The notes beneath the pieces were generated by a model. The model did not search any database. It was given only the letters and a program-made list of their open reading frames with translations, and was not told the DNA's origin. The translations under genes were made by a program, and so were the position numbers. From Podarcis liolepis (lineage: Eukaryota): a stretch of DNA of 64,000 nucleotides. The stretch is taken from assembly GCA_965112155.1 (NCBI GenBank), contig OZ218102.1; one strand, 5' to 3'. This document shows positions 52,180 through 64,000 of the stretch, piece after piece (the stretch's first letter is position 1; every line of letters begins with the position of its first letter).

Positions 52180-53100
52180 CAGCCGCGTGCTTTTCGCGCG
52201 CGTGGCCCTTGGCGCCCACCGCGGCCTCTGCTCGCTTCTCCTCCGTCCCTCGGCCGCCTGTGACGTCACCCGCTCCCCGCGCCTCCATTTTAACTGAGGG
52301 AACGAGGTTGACGCGCATGCGGACTACCCTTCGGGAGGGTTCTGGGCGGGCATAAAGCCAACTGATCGGGGGAGAGAGCGCGAGTGGAGGAGGCGAAAGA
52401 CGAGCGAGGAAAGCGCAGCAGCCCGTTCAGTGGGAAGATGGCGACCCCCGCCGAGTGGGCCTCCCTGTGCGAGAAGTTCCGCAGCGCCGTCAACCTCTCC
52501 TACGTGGAGTCCAAGAAAGACCCGGAGACGGAGCCGTACCGCTCCAAGTACAGCGCCCGGGAGCTGCTGGAAGGCATCAAGCAGCAGCTGGGCTCCGAGG
52601 AGGCGGAAGGCAGCCCGGGAGGCGCCGGCGGAGGCGCGGCCGGGGCCGACGAGCGGGAGCGGCAGCGCGCCGTGGCGCTGGCCGCCGTGGAGTACGAGCT
52701 CGGGGTGAACCACACCGACACGCAGGAGTACTCGGCCGGCGAGGAGCACCTGGTGAAGTGCGCGCAGCTGCTGGAGCCTCACCGCCTCTCCCGGGAGTGC
52801 GTCTCCCTCTACATCCAGGCCCAGGTGGGGCAAGGAAGGAAGGGGTCGTTGGTCGCTCCCCCCCCCCTCGCAATAGCTCACCCCAAAAGGGGGCTCAGAC
52901 CCACAACTGCGAGGAGCGGTGGATAAGAAACGGTGCATGAACGTGTGCCCCCCCCCCCAAGCACACGCGCGTCAAACCTCTTTGCGTCGCTCGCGCTGTT
53001 TGGGATAATGCAGGTTCCTAAACCTCAGAGTGCCGCATACTTGCCGGGGCATTTAAACATCAGCCCGGGCACGTGGCGCAATGTGTACATTCATCGCCCA
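52180..53100 (+). promoter_or_regulatory. CpG-island promoter of KIFBP with full CRE TGACGTCA (52261-52268), NRF1-like GCGCATGCG (52313-52321) and YY1-type AAGATGGCG over the ATG
   Basis: Motifs read directly from a GC/CpG-rich block. Confidence 0.8.
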
Positions 53101-56100
53101 CCCGTCTTAACAGCAAAGGTTTTCTTGGGCCTGGGCAGTCACCGTTTGTCCTGGGAGATGGCATCATTTGGAAGTCAGAAATCAACTGGGGAGAATGAGC
53201 TTTCCTGACGTGTGCAGTTTTCCTTACGGAAAGGGCTGTGTTTTTAGTTTTGTTAGCCTAATCGATTCTGCGGCATCTCTCCTCATTATGAAATCTAGTC
53301 GATGCATAATAGGCATCTAAGACGAATAATATGTTGGCTTGGATCCAAAGTCGGATCTAATGGCTAGCGGAAGAGAGCAGGCAACGTTTGCTGGTTCTCT
53401 CATCCTCCTGCACCTCTTCCCACACTTCCGGTGTTCCTCCATTATTAGAAGGGGGGAAGGAAAGGGGAAATCAGCAAAAAATATTCTTTCCTTCTCTCCT
53501 TTTCTTTGAGCAGAGATTTTTGTCAGTAACTTAACTCACAGGATCTCAAGATCCAAGTTATTTGATTTGGCACTTTGGAACTCTTATTGAAGTATTGGAT
53601 GATGCCCCCCAAAGATGTGTGGAATGTTACATAACAAACATTAACTGTCCACACTTTTTTAATCCATCAATGAATGAAGTTGTTTCCTCCCCACTCTTCT
53701 CATTGTTTTGCCTTTTTGTAAGACTAACCTTTGAACTGTTACCCATTCTATAGAAGTATTGTTGAAACTGCATATCAGAGTTGGAAATCCAGAAGGCTTT
53801 CTGTGTTTTGTTGCTGCTGCAGCCATGTGTCTATTCTTCATGTTTTAGTGCAAGGGGGTGGCATGTGTCAGATTGGAGAAATGCAGTGCTGCGGTGCAAA
53901 GTATTAAAGGAGGGTTGAGCTGGTGGTGATGGCAGACCATCCTCTGGAATATTGGTTTGCAAGGCAGTAACACTGTTACTTCAAGAAATGAAAAACAAAT
54001 TTGCAGTTCATGGGCTCACAGTGATTATTTACTATTGCAGTTTGAGAGCTGAGTAACTCCACCCAAGAGAGTCTGTGGATCAAAATAATTTGTGTGCCAG
54101 TATCAGGCTGTGTGTACACAGCATGTTTAAGGCTTCCCCCAAAAATTCTTCCAACAGTAATTTGTTAAGGGTGCTAGGAATGGTAGTTCTGTGAGAGGTA
54201 AACGACAATTCCCAGAATTATTTGGGGAAAGGCATGAGGTTTAAATGTATGGGGCGTACACGGCTGCAGTAGCAAGGAAGGAATGATGACATTTAGTCCA
54301 GATGGCTTTTGTTCGCAAACTACAATGGTGTTAGAACTAGACCACTGTGGCTCCCAGTGACCAATAATAAAATGATTTGAGTTTTAGAATTGTAACCTTT
54401 TGGACTAGCTTGAAGCTTCTTCTGTTTCTTACATGTTCATACTAATTGTTTTATTGCTTGCATGTTTCCCATCCTGGGCTCCTTTAGGAGGAATGTCAGG
54501 ATACAAAATTCAAGAAATAAATATTAGGCACTGGAAAGGATAGCTTATATTGAGGTAATGTGCTGCACATCCCTGGCCTGGCTCCCCAGTATGTGTCTTT
54601 AAGGCAGAATAAGTATAGTGTAAGTCTGGTTCTTGTATAATATGTAAGGGGGTGACCCCTCTTCCCTATTAAGTGATGGTGGATTTGTGCCATTCATAGC
54701 TTTACAAAAAAATGTTTCAATTTCCCTCTTCTTTTGTAGAATAACCTGGGCATCCTGTGGTCAGAAAGAGATAACATTAAAACAGCTCAGACTTACTTGG
54801 AATCTGCAGAGGCTTTATATAATCAGTACATGAAAGAGGTAATGTGTTGTATGAGCATGTCTTATGTTTCTGTAATGTGGTGGCACCTCAAGGCATAATA
54901 AAAATTGCAAGTTCTAATATCAATGAGTTGCAATCATTAAATAATAAACAGGCTTTCTGGATTAATTGTTACTGAGTTTTGCAAGTTGAGAGGCCTGTTT
55001 TCTCATGTTATAAAATGAGACATTTTGATACAATATATGTGTTGTCAGGAGTTTTCATGCCTGAATTCTGAAAGATGATTATAGTACTAAGTGAAAAATA
55101 TATCTACTGTTCAGATATCATTTTTAGATAGATTCAAAATGGTTGGCATTTATGCAGAGTGTTCTGTGCAAACAGCTGACTAGAAAATCAGTGTCAACTC
55201 ACAATGGCAGCTGTGCTTTCATCCCTCTGTAACCACATAAAGCATCTATAAAACAGCTTAGGGATACTTCCATTATTAGCTATAATAACTGGAAAATTCT
55301 AAAAACACTTTGACTTATTGCTATATGGCTAAAATGCAGTGCAGAATTAGTTTTCTAAAAAAGAGCTTTTCTATATTTCAGGAGGACTTATAACAAGCTA
55401 AACTCCTTATGCATAACAAGCAGCCTTCTAAGTTGTTGACTCTGCTGTGCCATAGCATTAGCACAATGGAACCTTTGTTATACCCTCGGGGGCGCTATTT
55501 ATGCACTGCACGGCCTTTCTGCATTTCCAGTGTTTGTTCATTCTCCGACATGGCTTCTATGAAACCAGTGGAGTGCTGCACTTTGGCAAATTCTAAAAAG
55601 TGATGCTGAAAATATTTCACTTGTTTCATATTTACGCTCTTGTCTTATTTTGCTGAATTTGCTTTTGACTAGAGATGATGATGCTTTGGAGAAAGGCCTG
55701 AGAAGAACATGCCTGCCTTCTTGTTTAATCCAGTGTAGTTCCTCTGTTTCTTAACAACCTACCTGTCACATTTAGAGTATTCTTCCTGGATTGTTGAATC
55801 TAGGTACCAGTGGCTCAACTTCCTGGGTGCTGGTTTATGTTCATGCTAAACCTGTCATCTCCCTAGTGTCAAAACCCTGCCTTGGGAGGTGTGTCCAGTC
55901 CCACTTGATCATCCTTGATTTGAGATTAAATGTCTCATGCCCTGTCAACTCATTTCCCTTAGTTTTACTTGGTTGAAAATAAGAATTATTGCCTTCTTCC
56001 AAATATGATGGGTGACCTTTCCCCCTTGCAAGTGCATTTAAGATACCATTGTGATATTGTATGTCATAGGTTATTTAGAGAGGAAGCTGCTTTTATTTCT

Positions 56101-59100
56101 TTATGAAACTGTCTCTCCCCTCCCCCATTTTTCTCTGTCCCTGATCTTAATAAAGCTTCTTAATTCCGAACCTGTTATTTAACCAGATACTTTGACAGTG
56201 CAAGGAGCAGGTGTTCCTCTGTGCTTGGCCAGTGGTTTATGCTACACACGCAGACATAGGGCAACAAAACGATTGATGAATTGACAGGTTGAATGCTGCA
56301 ACTCAGTGACAGGGAGATAGATAAAGGTGATTGTAGGCAGCTGCCCTGGTCTGAGTTTCACTTGAAAGCGCTTGCAGTTCTCCCTGCCGAAGAGGTGAGG
56401 TAGTAGTCAGGTAGTGGTGGCAAAAGAAATCGTGGGAGTCCAGACTTGTTAATCACACCTATAACGATGGAAGGGTTTGCAGCTCCAGAAAGACCTAAAA
56501 TGAAATGGAGCTAGAGGAACCAGATTTGTATTCAGAACATATTTCCAGAAACCTTTTGTTGGATTTGTTAACTATACATATGGGTCTTATTTATTGTTAT
56601 TAAAAATTTTATCTTGCTTTTCAGCAATTATGCCCTCAAAGTGACTTATTAAAGGTAGAAATGTGGTGAAACATTAAAAAGGGGTATTTGGGGGCCAGTT
56701 GCTGCCCTCTCCCTGATTTTGCAAACTCCTCTATCTCTGTTAGCCCCATTTTAATTGGCGTAGAGCTGGGGCTAACTCAAAATGGCGTCTGCCACTATCC
56801 CGCCAGTTCCCAAGCAGAAAAAAGAAGCTGCCTTAGTGATTTGCAAAGAGAATAAAAACAGCTGCAAATTAAGCTTGAGAAATAAATTTATAACAGGGAC
56901 ATGTGACTACTGCTCTAGAGTTGTTCAAGAGCTTGAACTAATAACTGGATCTCAATATTAAATATGCTGTTCGTTCAGTGGGATATATTTCTCTTGTGTT
57001 GTTTTTACCTCTGTGTGATGTCTTGTACCTAGTTGCAACCACTTTTGTCTTGAGTGCAGTGAGTAGCACATAAAGCAAAAATTTCTGAATGCATATTCTT
57101 ACAGAGTTTCTGGTTTGTTCATTGAGGTAAACTTTCTTTTTTCCTATATTGTTACATTTACTGAAAGTCTTGTTTAAAAGCATCACAGTCTTTCTGTCAG
57201 TGCTGCAGAGTTCAGAAGAAGTAACTGTTCAAGAGGATAGAACAGGTTTTTAGAAGAATGTGCAGTTAGAGATGCACGATTACAGGTTCTACAACACAAT
57301 AGGGAAGAACGGATTTTTAAGAAAGAGATATGTCTTCTGGTTGGATGTCTTGATACTTAGATGTCTTGTGCAATAAGAACATATTTCTGGATGCATCTTA
57401 ACTTAATATTCTCTGCAGTACCAAAGTGCAGCCTGTAGAGAGCACAAATCCACTGTATGTATTTATTAAGTTCGTATATGTTATGTTTTGCAGAATGGGA
57501 ATCCCCCGCTTGATTCCAGTGAACATTTTATGGATGAAGAAGAGAAACTTACTGACCAAGAAAGATCAAAAAGGTATATGTTGAATTGTAAAGTCAGAGA
57601 TTGGGAGGGGTGTTTCTGTCTTAAAATTAAATCTAAACCCTCTGTTTCCCCAGATTTGAGAAAGTCTATACTCATACGTTATATTATCTGGCCCAAGTCT
57701 ACCAGCACCTGGAGATGATTGAGAAGGCTGCACAGTATTGCCACACCACCCTTAAACGGCAGCTTGAATATAGTGGCTACTATCCAGTAGAATGGGCTCT
57801 CAATGCAGCTACTTTGTCTCAGTATTATCTCACAAAGGTAGTCACTTCAATGTTTTCTTCAGTGTACCTAATTTGTTAAGGTGCTACCAATGTCAGAGTT
57901 GCTATTTGACCAGCTTTCAAAAAGCTATTGTTATCTGTGGTATGAGTCTTATTGGCAGGCATTGGGTTGCATAATCTTCCACACTAAGTTAATTGCACTT
58001 AAGTTCCCTTTGAAATCCATGGGACTGAAAGTCATGACTAACTTGCCTCATTCATTTTGTAAGTCAATGTTCTTTCCTAGCTTTGTTGGCATTTACAGAT
58101 GTCAAACTCACAGCCAAAAACATGAATAGCAAAAGGGTCTTGTTTCAGGAGAAGTGCATTAGAGGAATTTATTCCTCAAATTTGTTATGATATGAGTGTG
58201 TATGTGAGAGTGGGGAGACTCCTTAGAAGACCTTTACATGTTTGTCCTCAGCTTTCTTACTATACAGCATTGCCAGATTATATCCCCAGATCCTTCAAAG
58301 ATCACACATTTGGGCAAACAATTGGGCAACTGAATTATTTCATTCTTAAATATTAAGAGAAAAATATCTTACTGCGTGCCAGGAACAAACGCCACCATGT
58401 CTTCTCCTTACAGCAATGTTTCATGGAGTCCAGGCATTGTTTAGCCGCTGCCAGTGTCATCTTTGGCCAAGCTGGACAGGTGCCATCTGCAGAGGACAGT
58501 AAGTCATCTCCTTTTAATCCTCACTGTAGTGGCTTTGAGTTATATGGGTTAGCAAAAATGTTGAATTCTCTGCTTGCTGTCCGTTTCAGTGCTGCATTGA
58601 TTTTGTGGGACTGGGGGAAGAAGTTGCAATGTGAGAGGGTGAAGAGGTGCCCTTCAGCAAGGCTACACTTCTCTAATGGGCTTGTACAGCTTTGAAACTT
58701 AACGGTGCAGACTTGGAACATAGTGGTGGTGCCGAGGAAATAGCTTTTGATATGTCAACTTTAGAGAGGGAGAGAAGATGTACAGTTTTCCTCTGTTCAT
58801 AGAATTGTAGAGTTGAAAGGGACCCCAAGACTCACCTAGCCCAGCCTCCTGCAATGCAAGAATCTCAACTAGATCATGCATGACAGATGGCCATCCACCC
58901 TGTCCTTAAAAACCTATAAGGAAGCAGAGTCCACCACCTCTTGTGGGAGTCCGTTCCACTGTCAAACAGCTCTTACTCTCAGAAAGTCCTTCCTGATGTT
59001 TAGTCAGTATCTTCTTTCTTGTAACTTGAATCCATTGGTTTGGGTCCTGCCCTCCACAGTAGAAGAAAACAAGCTTGCTCCATCTTCCATGTTACAGCCC

Positions 59101-62100
59101 TTTAGATATTGAAGATGGCTATCATATCTCTAAATCTCTTCTTTACGTGGTTAAACATACCCAATTCCCTCAACCATTCCTCATAAAGCCTGGTTTCCAG
59201 AACCTTGATCATCTTGGCTGCCTTCCTCTCCAGATGTTCCAGCTTGTCAATATCCTTCTTAAATTGTGGTGCCCAGACGTGGACACAGTACCCCAGGTGT
59301 GGTTTGACCAGGGAAGAACAGAGTGGTACTATGACTTCCCTTGAAAGGAACACTAGACTTCTATTGATGCAGCCTAGAATAGCATTCGCTTTTTTTACTA
59401 CTGCATCACACTGTTGACTCCTGTTAAGCTTGTTTACTAAGACCCTTCGATCCTTTTCACATGTATTATCAACATTCCAGGTGTCCCACTTCTTATATTT
59501 TTGCAGCTGCCTATAACCTGCTATAAGTTGTATTGGTAGTATACCTCGCTGTTTCATTTTTTTACTTTTTAGGATTGTTAATGCTAGAAATGCTTAAACT
59601 ATTTTAACTATGTTATGAAAACTGTGTTCTAAGATGTTCTTTACACCCTGTTTTCCTGAAATTAAATGTCTCCCTCCATTTCCAGTAGAAGTATCTTGAA
59701 GCTGTTTGATCCCGGTTACAGTATGGAAAAGCTTCAGGATTAGAAAATATTATGACCAAAAGTTAAACCTTCCTCCTTATAACCATTTAATAGATTCCAG
59801 TAGTATTAGTTACTTGAATTCTGTGTAGTCCTTCAGGTAATTTTAAGTGGCTAACTTATCCCTCCCCCCCCCCCCACCGGAGATGGCTTTTCAAAATCTA
59901 ACTTGTCACCTAGCCTAATGAATATTGTAATATTTTAAACCAGATGAAACAGAACAAGATCAGCAAGACCTTCGACAGAGAAGAGCTGAAATTGCAAGGT
60001 GTTGGATTAAGTACTGCTTGAACTTGTTGCAGGGAGCCAGGAAATTGCTCGAGGTAATCAAGAAACGGAGCGCAAATAACCTTTTTAACATTTGCAGGAG
60101 TAACTAAACACAGTAGTCGCAACAGCTGCTAGTGGTGCTGAGACTCAAGGCTATAGTAAGTGTAATTCACAAGGTTGTTGTGTGTACAGAGATAGGAACC
60201 AAAATCAGTTAAGTGCTGGACTCTCTGCTTAATTTTTAAACCTTCAAGCAATATTCTGCTTGGTCAGTAGAACACTTAATCTTGTGTTTGCCAGTTTTGA
60301 CCATATCACCTTAATTGCATCATGGGCCTTGATTGTTTTACTGATAGCATCCAAATGGTTTCAGTAGGAGCTAGATACATTACCTAATCAAGAAAGCATA
60401 GTTTTCTTTGTTAAAGCTAGTCTGCCATTGGTGCATACTCTGTGTTTACACAGTTTTACACTTCAACTTCTTCGGTAATTTTCTACTTGCCTATTATTGT
60501 CCTGTCAGAGTGGCTATTTAGCAGCTGAGATAGGCAAGCAGGCAGGTATTCCCATATGTCCCAGTGGCTGTGAAGATGTCAGCATCTCATCTTTTAAAAA
60601 ATCAGCTGTGTAATTTCCACTGCCTTGTTAGTTTTTCCTTAAATTGTTGTGATGCTTATATACTGCTTTTTGTCCCAAGTGACCCCAAAGCAATTAAAAA
60701 AAGAAAAGAAAATATCATTATGAATCACAAAACACCATTAAGATAACAGTAAAATATTAGCAGCATACGTAAGCTGTTGAGATTTTCAATTCGGGAAAGC
60801 AGTTCCTACTGTCTGATAGCACAGTACAGTCATACCTCATGTTACAGTGTGAGCCAGTGTGGTGTAGTGGTTAAGAGTGGTGGACTCGTAATCTGGTGAA
60901 CCGGGTTCGCATCCCCGCTCCTCCATATCCAGCTGCTGGGTGACCTTGGGCCAGTCACACTTCTCTGAAGTCTCTCAGCCTCACTCACCTCACAGAGTGT
61001 TTGTTGTGGGGGAGGAAGGGAAAGGAGAATGTTAGCCGCTTTGAGACTCCTTAAAGGGAGTGAAAGGCGGGGTATCAAATCCAAACTCCTCCCTCCTCCT
61101 CTATGTTACAGCTGCTTCAGATAACGTGTTTTCGAGTTGAGGACCACAGGAAACCCAGAAGTACTGGAACGGGTTACTTCCAGGTTTCACCACTCACGCA
61201 TGTGGAGAAGTGCCAAATCGCGCCGGCACAGACACAGTGCTTCAGGATGCGAACGCTGCGGGTTGCGGATGTGCCTCTGTCACGGATTACGTCCGCAACC
61301 CGAGGCTCCACTGTAGTACTAACAATGGATACGAAAGGAAAAAGAGAACCCTACAAGATGTCAGATATATTGGGAGTGGTTTAACGAAAATTTCAAGAAT
61401 GACAACCACTTGCTGTGAAATACTTAAATGAAGTCAAGGAAATATCTCAGAGTTACTGCTTGGAGAATTGTTGAAAACATGCCTCCTCCACTAAGTTGCT
61501 GCTATAAGCTCAGCTTGTGTTTCCATTGAATTATCAAAATAAATAAGAATCATATATGGAAGTACTAAATAATTTCTAGAAATCCAAAACATGTATTTTT
61601 CTGTCATGCAAACATAGGAGTAACAGAAGTCGCTACTGTGAATGTGATTAATTTATCAAATTGGCGGTATCTAGTTTTTTGACATCTCGTGGAGAAGTAT
61701 TTCACACTGCGTTCTTGTTTTAGGACAACATTGGGGAGCTGGATCCAGACAGGCAGTCGGAGCTTAAAGCCCAGCAGAAGAAAGAGGAGGATGAGAAGGA
61801 AGAGGACAGGAAGAAGGCTGTTCTGTTTGGAACTAGTGATCTGTGTGACTCTATTTTGGCCATGGAAGAAAAAGTGAGCTGTGTGTTTCCACTAGACTTC
61901 AAAGAAGCCAGAGAAGTCTTCTTAGTGGGTCAGAATTATGTCAATGAAGCAAAAGATTTCTTTCAGGTAGATGGGTATGTCACTGACCACATTGAAATTC
62001 TTCAGGATCACAGTGCCTTGTTCAAGGTGCTGGCATTCTTTGAAGAAGATTATGAGAGGCGTTGCAAGATGCACAAGCGCAGGATAGATATGCTGGAGCC

Positions 62101-62602
62101 CATATATGCTGGCTTAAACCCTCAGTATTACCTTCTGCTCAGTAGGCAGCTTCAGTTTGAATTAGCTGACACCTATTACGAGATGATGGATTTAAAAGTG
62201 GCCATTGGAAATAAGCTAGAGGAACTTGACTCCCACACAATAAAGAAAATAAATTCTCTTGCTCAGATGGCCATGAAATACTATGAACTCTTTTTGGATT
62301 CATTGAGGAACCCTGATAAGATTTTCCCCGAGACCCTAGAGGAGGATGTCCTGCGCCCTGCAATGGTGGCCAAGTTCCATATTGCCCGCCTTTATGGCAA
62401 GCTTATTACTTCGGATGGCAAGAAACAGTTGGAGAACATGCAGACCTCGTTGGAATATTACTCGTTTTTGGTAGACTACTGCGAGAAGCACACAGATGCC
62501 GTCCAGGCCATTGAAACTGAGCTAGAGCTCAGTAGAGAGATGGTTGGGCTTCTCCCAACAAGAATGGAAAGGCTAAGAGCCAAGCTTTCTACTTTCACTT
62601 AA
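52438..62602 (+). CDS. KIFBP: KIF-binding protein (KIF1BP/KIAA1279, TPR-like kinesin regulator), complete
   Basis: Exons 52438-52824, 54740-54838, 57494-57573, 57654-57837, 58414-58498, 59944-60053, 61724-62602 (TAA 62600-62602) total 1824 nt = 607 aa: MATPAEWASLCEKF...KDPETEPYRSKYSAR...LGVNHTDTQEYSAGEEHL...NNLGILWSER...VYTHTLYYLAQVYQHL...DGYVTDHIEILQDHSALFKVLAFFEED...RCKMHKRRIDMLEP. Confidence 0.96.
58798..59510 (-). mobile_element. 5'-truncated CR1 LINE (ORF2 C-terminus plus 3' UTR)
   Basis: Minus ORF 59102-59557 encodes QQCDAVVKKANAILGCINRS...LVKPHLGYCVHVWAPQFKKDIDKLEHLERKAAKMI; 3' end reads ATTCTATG on the minus strand (CATAGAAT at 58798). Confidence 0.9.
60827..61313. mobile_element. 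Tc1/mariner-type element interrupted by a SINE
   Basis: TA|CAGTCATACCTC ... CGAGGCTCCACTG|TA; internal sequence resembles 26109-26355. Confidence 0.8.
60848..61102 (+). mobile_element. Young tRNA-derived Squam3-type SINE with 9-bp TSD
   Basis: GAGCCAGTGTGGTGTAGTGGTTAAGAG...CCGGGTTCGCATCCC...TTAGCCGCTTTGAG...(CCT)n tail; TSD ATGTTACAG at 60839-60847 and 61103-61111. Confidence 0.88.
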
Positions 62603-63117
62603 ACTCCTTCCTCCCGTGGAAATGTGCAATATTAACACAATCGCTGTCCAAAGAGGCAGTTTCCCTTATGGCAGTTGCCTTGTAGTCATCCGACATCTGT
62701 TGTGTGCTCCCACTGTGACAGGCAGCATAGAACCCGTATAAAATGGAAAACTGTCAAGTGTAGTAATTCTCCCACACTTCAATATTAAGTATACAGTGAA
62801 TGGTCAACTGGTGCTCTGTATTGCTTGCTCCGTACTGACATGCGCACCTTCCTGCCTTATTTTTCTCCTTCCACTACGTGGTCCAGTTTCCAACTGTAGT
62901 GCTGCTCTCCCAACTGTTTCTTCCAAAAGGGAACTTTTTGAGTACATTGTATTTACAGCCCAATCCATCCCCACAAAATAGAGACTTAGGTAGGTGGAAT
63001 TTATTTTCCTCATTAACAGTCCCTGGAAAAAACCGTAACATATCTCTAATTTAATGGTGTCATATTTATTTTTGTATATGTTAGCTGTCCTCCTTTTGAA
63101 TCCTGTTAAATAGGATC

Positions 63118-63123
63118 AATAAA
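63118..63123 (+). terminator. KIFBP polyadenylation signal AATAAA
   Basis: AATAAA ~515 nt after the stop, followed by a (TG)n downstream element at ~63160. Confidence 0.7.
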
Positions 63124-63429
63124 CAAACATGCCTGATTGCACATTCTCTTGCCGTCATTTTGTGTGTGTGTTGTGACCTGTTTAGCAGTAGAAACCTGTT
63201 CCAGTTTTTCTCCACAAGTTACAGCCTGAGTCTTAAATACATTCCAGCTATTACCAAACCATAGGCCAGGACTCTGGTTAGTCCCGTCCTACAACTGAAG
63301 TTCATATTCCCATCTGTAAGGACCAGAGTTGAACATTTAAAGACAATAAAAGCAAAAATTCTCTGGCAGCTCACATCTATGTTCAATGACATATTCTCTT
63401 ATTAATAGTGGTTTTTGAAAGGGAGAGGT

Positions 63430-63810
63430 GAAAATTAAGAAATGCCCACCATCCTATTCTCACAGTGGCCAGTCAGATACCTCTGGGAAACTACCATGTA
63501 AGACATGAATACAACAGCATTCTTCTGCTTGTGATCCCCAGAAACTGGTATTCAGAGGCATGCTGCCTCCAGCAGTGAAGTTAGAATCTAAGCATCATGG
63601 CTAGCAGCCACTCCTCCATGAATTTGCCTATGCCTCTTATGTGAAGGAGTACTTAATTTTGTCTGTCCTGAATCTTCCAACATGGAGCTCCATCGGACAC
63701 CCATGAATTCTAGTGTTATGAGAGAGGGAGAAAAACATTTTCTTACCCGCTTTCTCCAAACCATGCATACCTTTAAACACTTCTGTCATGTTCTCTCCCA
63801 CCCACATACT
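63430..63810 (-). mobile_element. CR1 LINE 3' fragment
   Basis: Minus strand encodes FFSLSHNTRIHGCPMELHVGRFRTDKIKYSFT; homologous to 7980-8400. Confidence 0.7.
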
Positions 63811-63826
63811 TGCCATTTTCCAGACT

Positions 63827-64000
63827 TTGTTGCTGTTTAGTCGTGTCCGACTCTTCGTGACCCCATGGACCAGAGCACGCCAGGCACTCCTGTCTTCCAC
63901 TGCCTCCCGCAGTTTGGTCAAACTCATGCTGGTAGCTTCTAGAACACTATCCAACCATCTCGTCCTCTGTCGTCCCCTTCTCCTTGTGCCCTCCATCTTT
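63827..64000 (-). mobile_element. RTE-BovB LINE 3' end (continues beyond window)
   Basis: Minus ORF EGTRRRGRQRTRWLDSVLEATSMSLTKLREAVEDRSAWRALVHGVTKSRTRL matches the BovB ORF C-terminus as recalled; short CAA-type tail. Confidence 0.88.

Noticed and set aside
52384-52437. 18-aa N-terminal extension of KIFBP
   Set aside because: Starts at GTG, not ATG; ATG 52438 has a strong context and matches the family start.
59102-59557. 151-aa antisense ORF as a nested gene in KIFBP
   Set aside because: It is a decayed CR1 ORF2 fragment.
60851-60925. tRNA-like A/B box sequences (also at 13771, 20560, 22268, 46845)
   Set aside because: These are SINE heads continuous with SINE bodies and tails, not tRNA genes.

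Overview
Vertebrate genomic window, squamate (lizard; probably lacertid, judging by the Sauria-SINE/Squam3-type SINEs and RTE-BovB). It carries the conserved + strand syntenic block CCAR1 (last 11 coding exons) - STOX1 (complete, 4 exons, 998 aa) - a single DDX21-type DEAD-box helicase (complete, 15 exons, 700 aa) - KIFBP/KIF1BP (complete, 7 exons, 607 aa). Exons were located by hand from GT-AG boundaries and all splice into continuous frames. STOX1, DDX21 and KIFBP have CpG-island promoters. Introns and spacers hold SINEs, CR1/L2/BovB LINE fragments, hAT and Tc1/mariner MITEs (two nested insertions with readable TSDs) and microsatellites. Best leads: (1) a strong-Kozak upstream in-frame ATG that would add a 106-aa Arg/Leu/Ser/Ala-rich, acid-poor, mitochondrial-presequence-like extension to DDX21; (2) no DDX50 paralogue at the position mammals have it; (3) a candidate poison exon in the CCAR1 intron next to a 300-N gap that probably hides a CCAR1 exon. 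Gene and repeat identities come from recalled sequences, not database searches. Most short ORFs in the supplied track are intronic noise.
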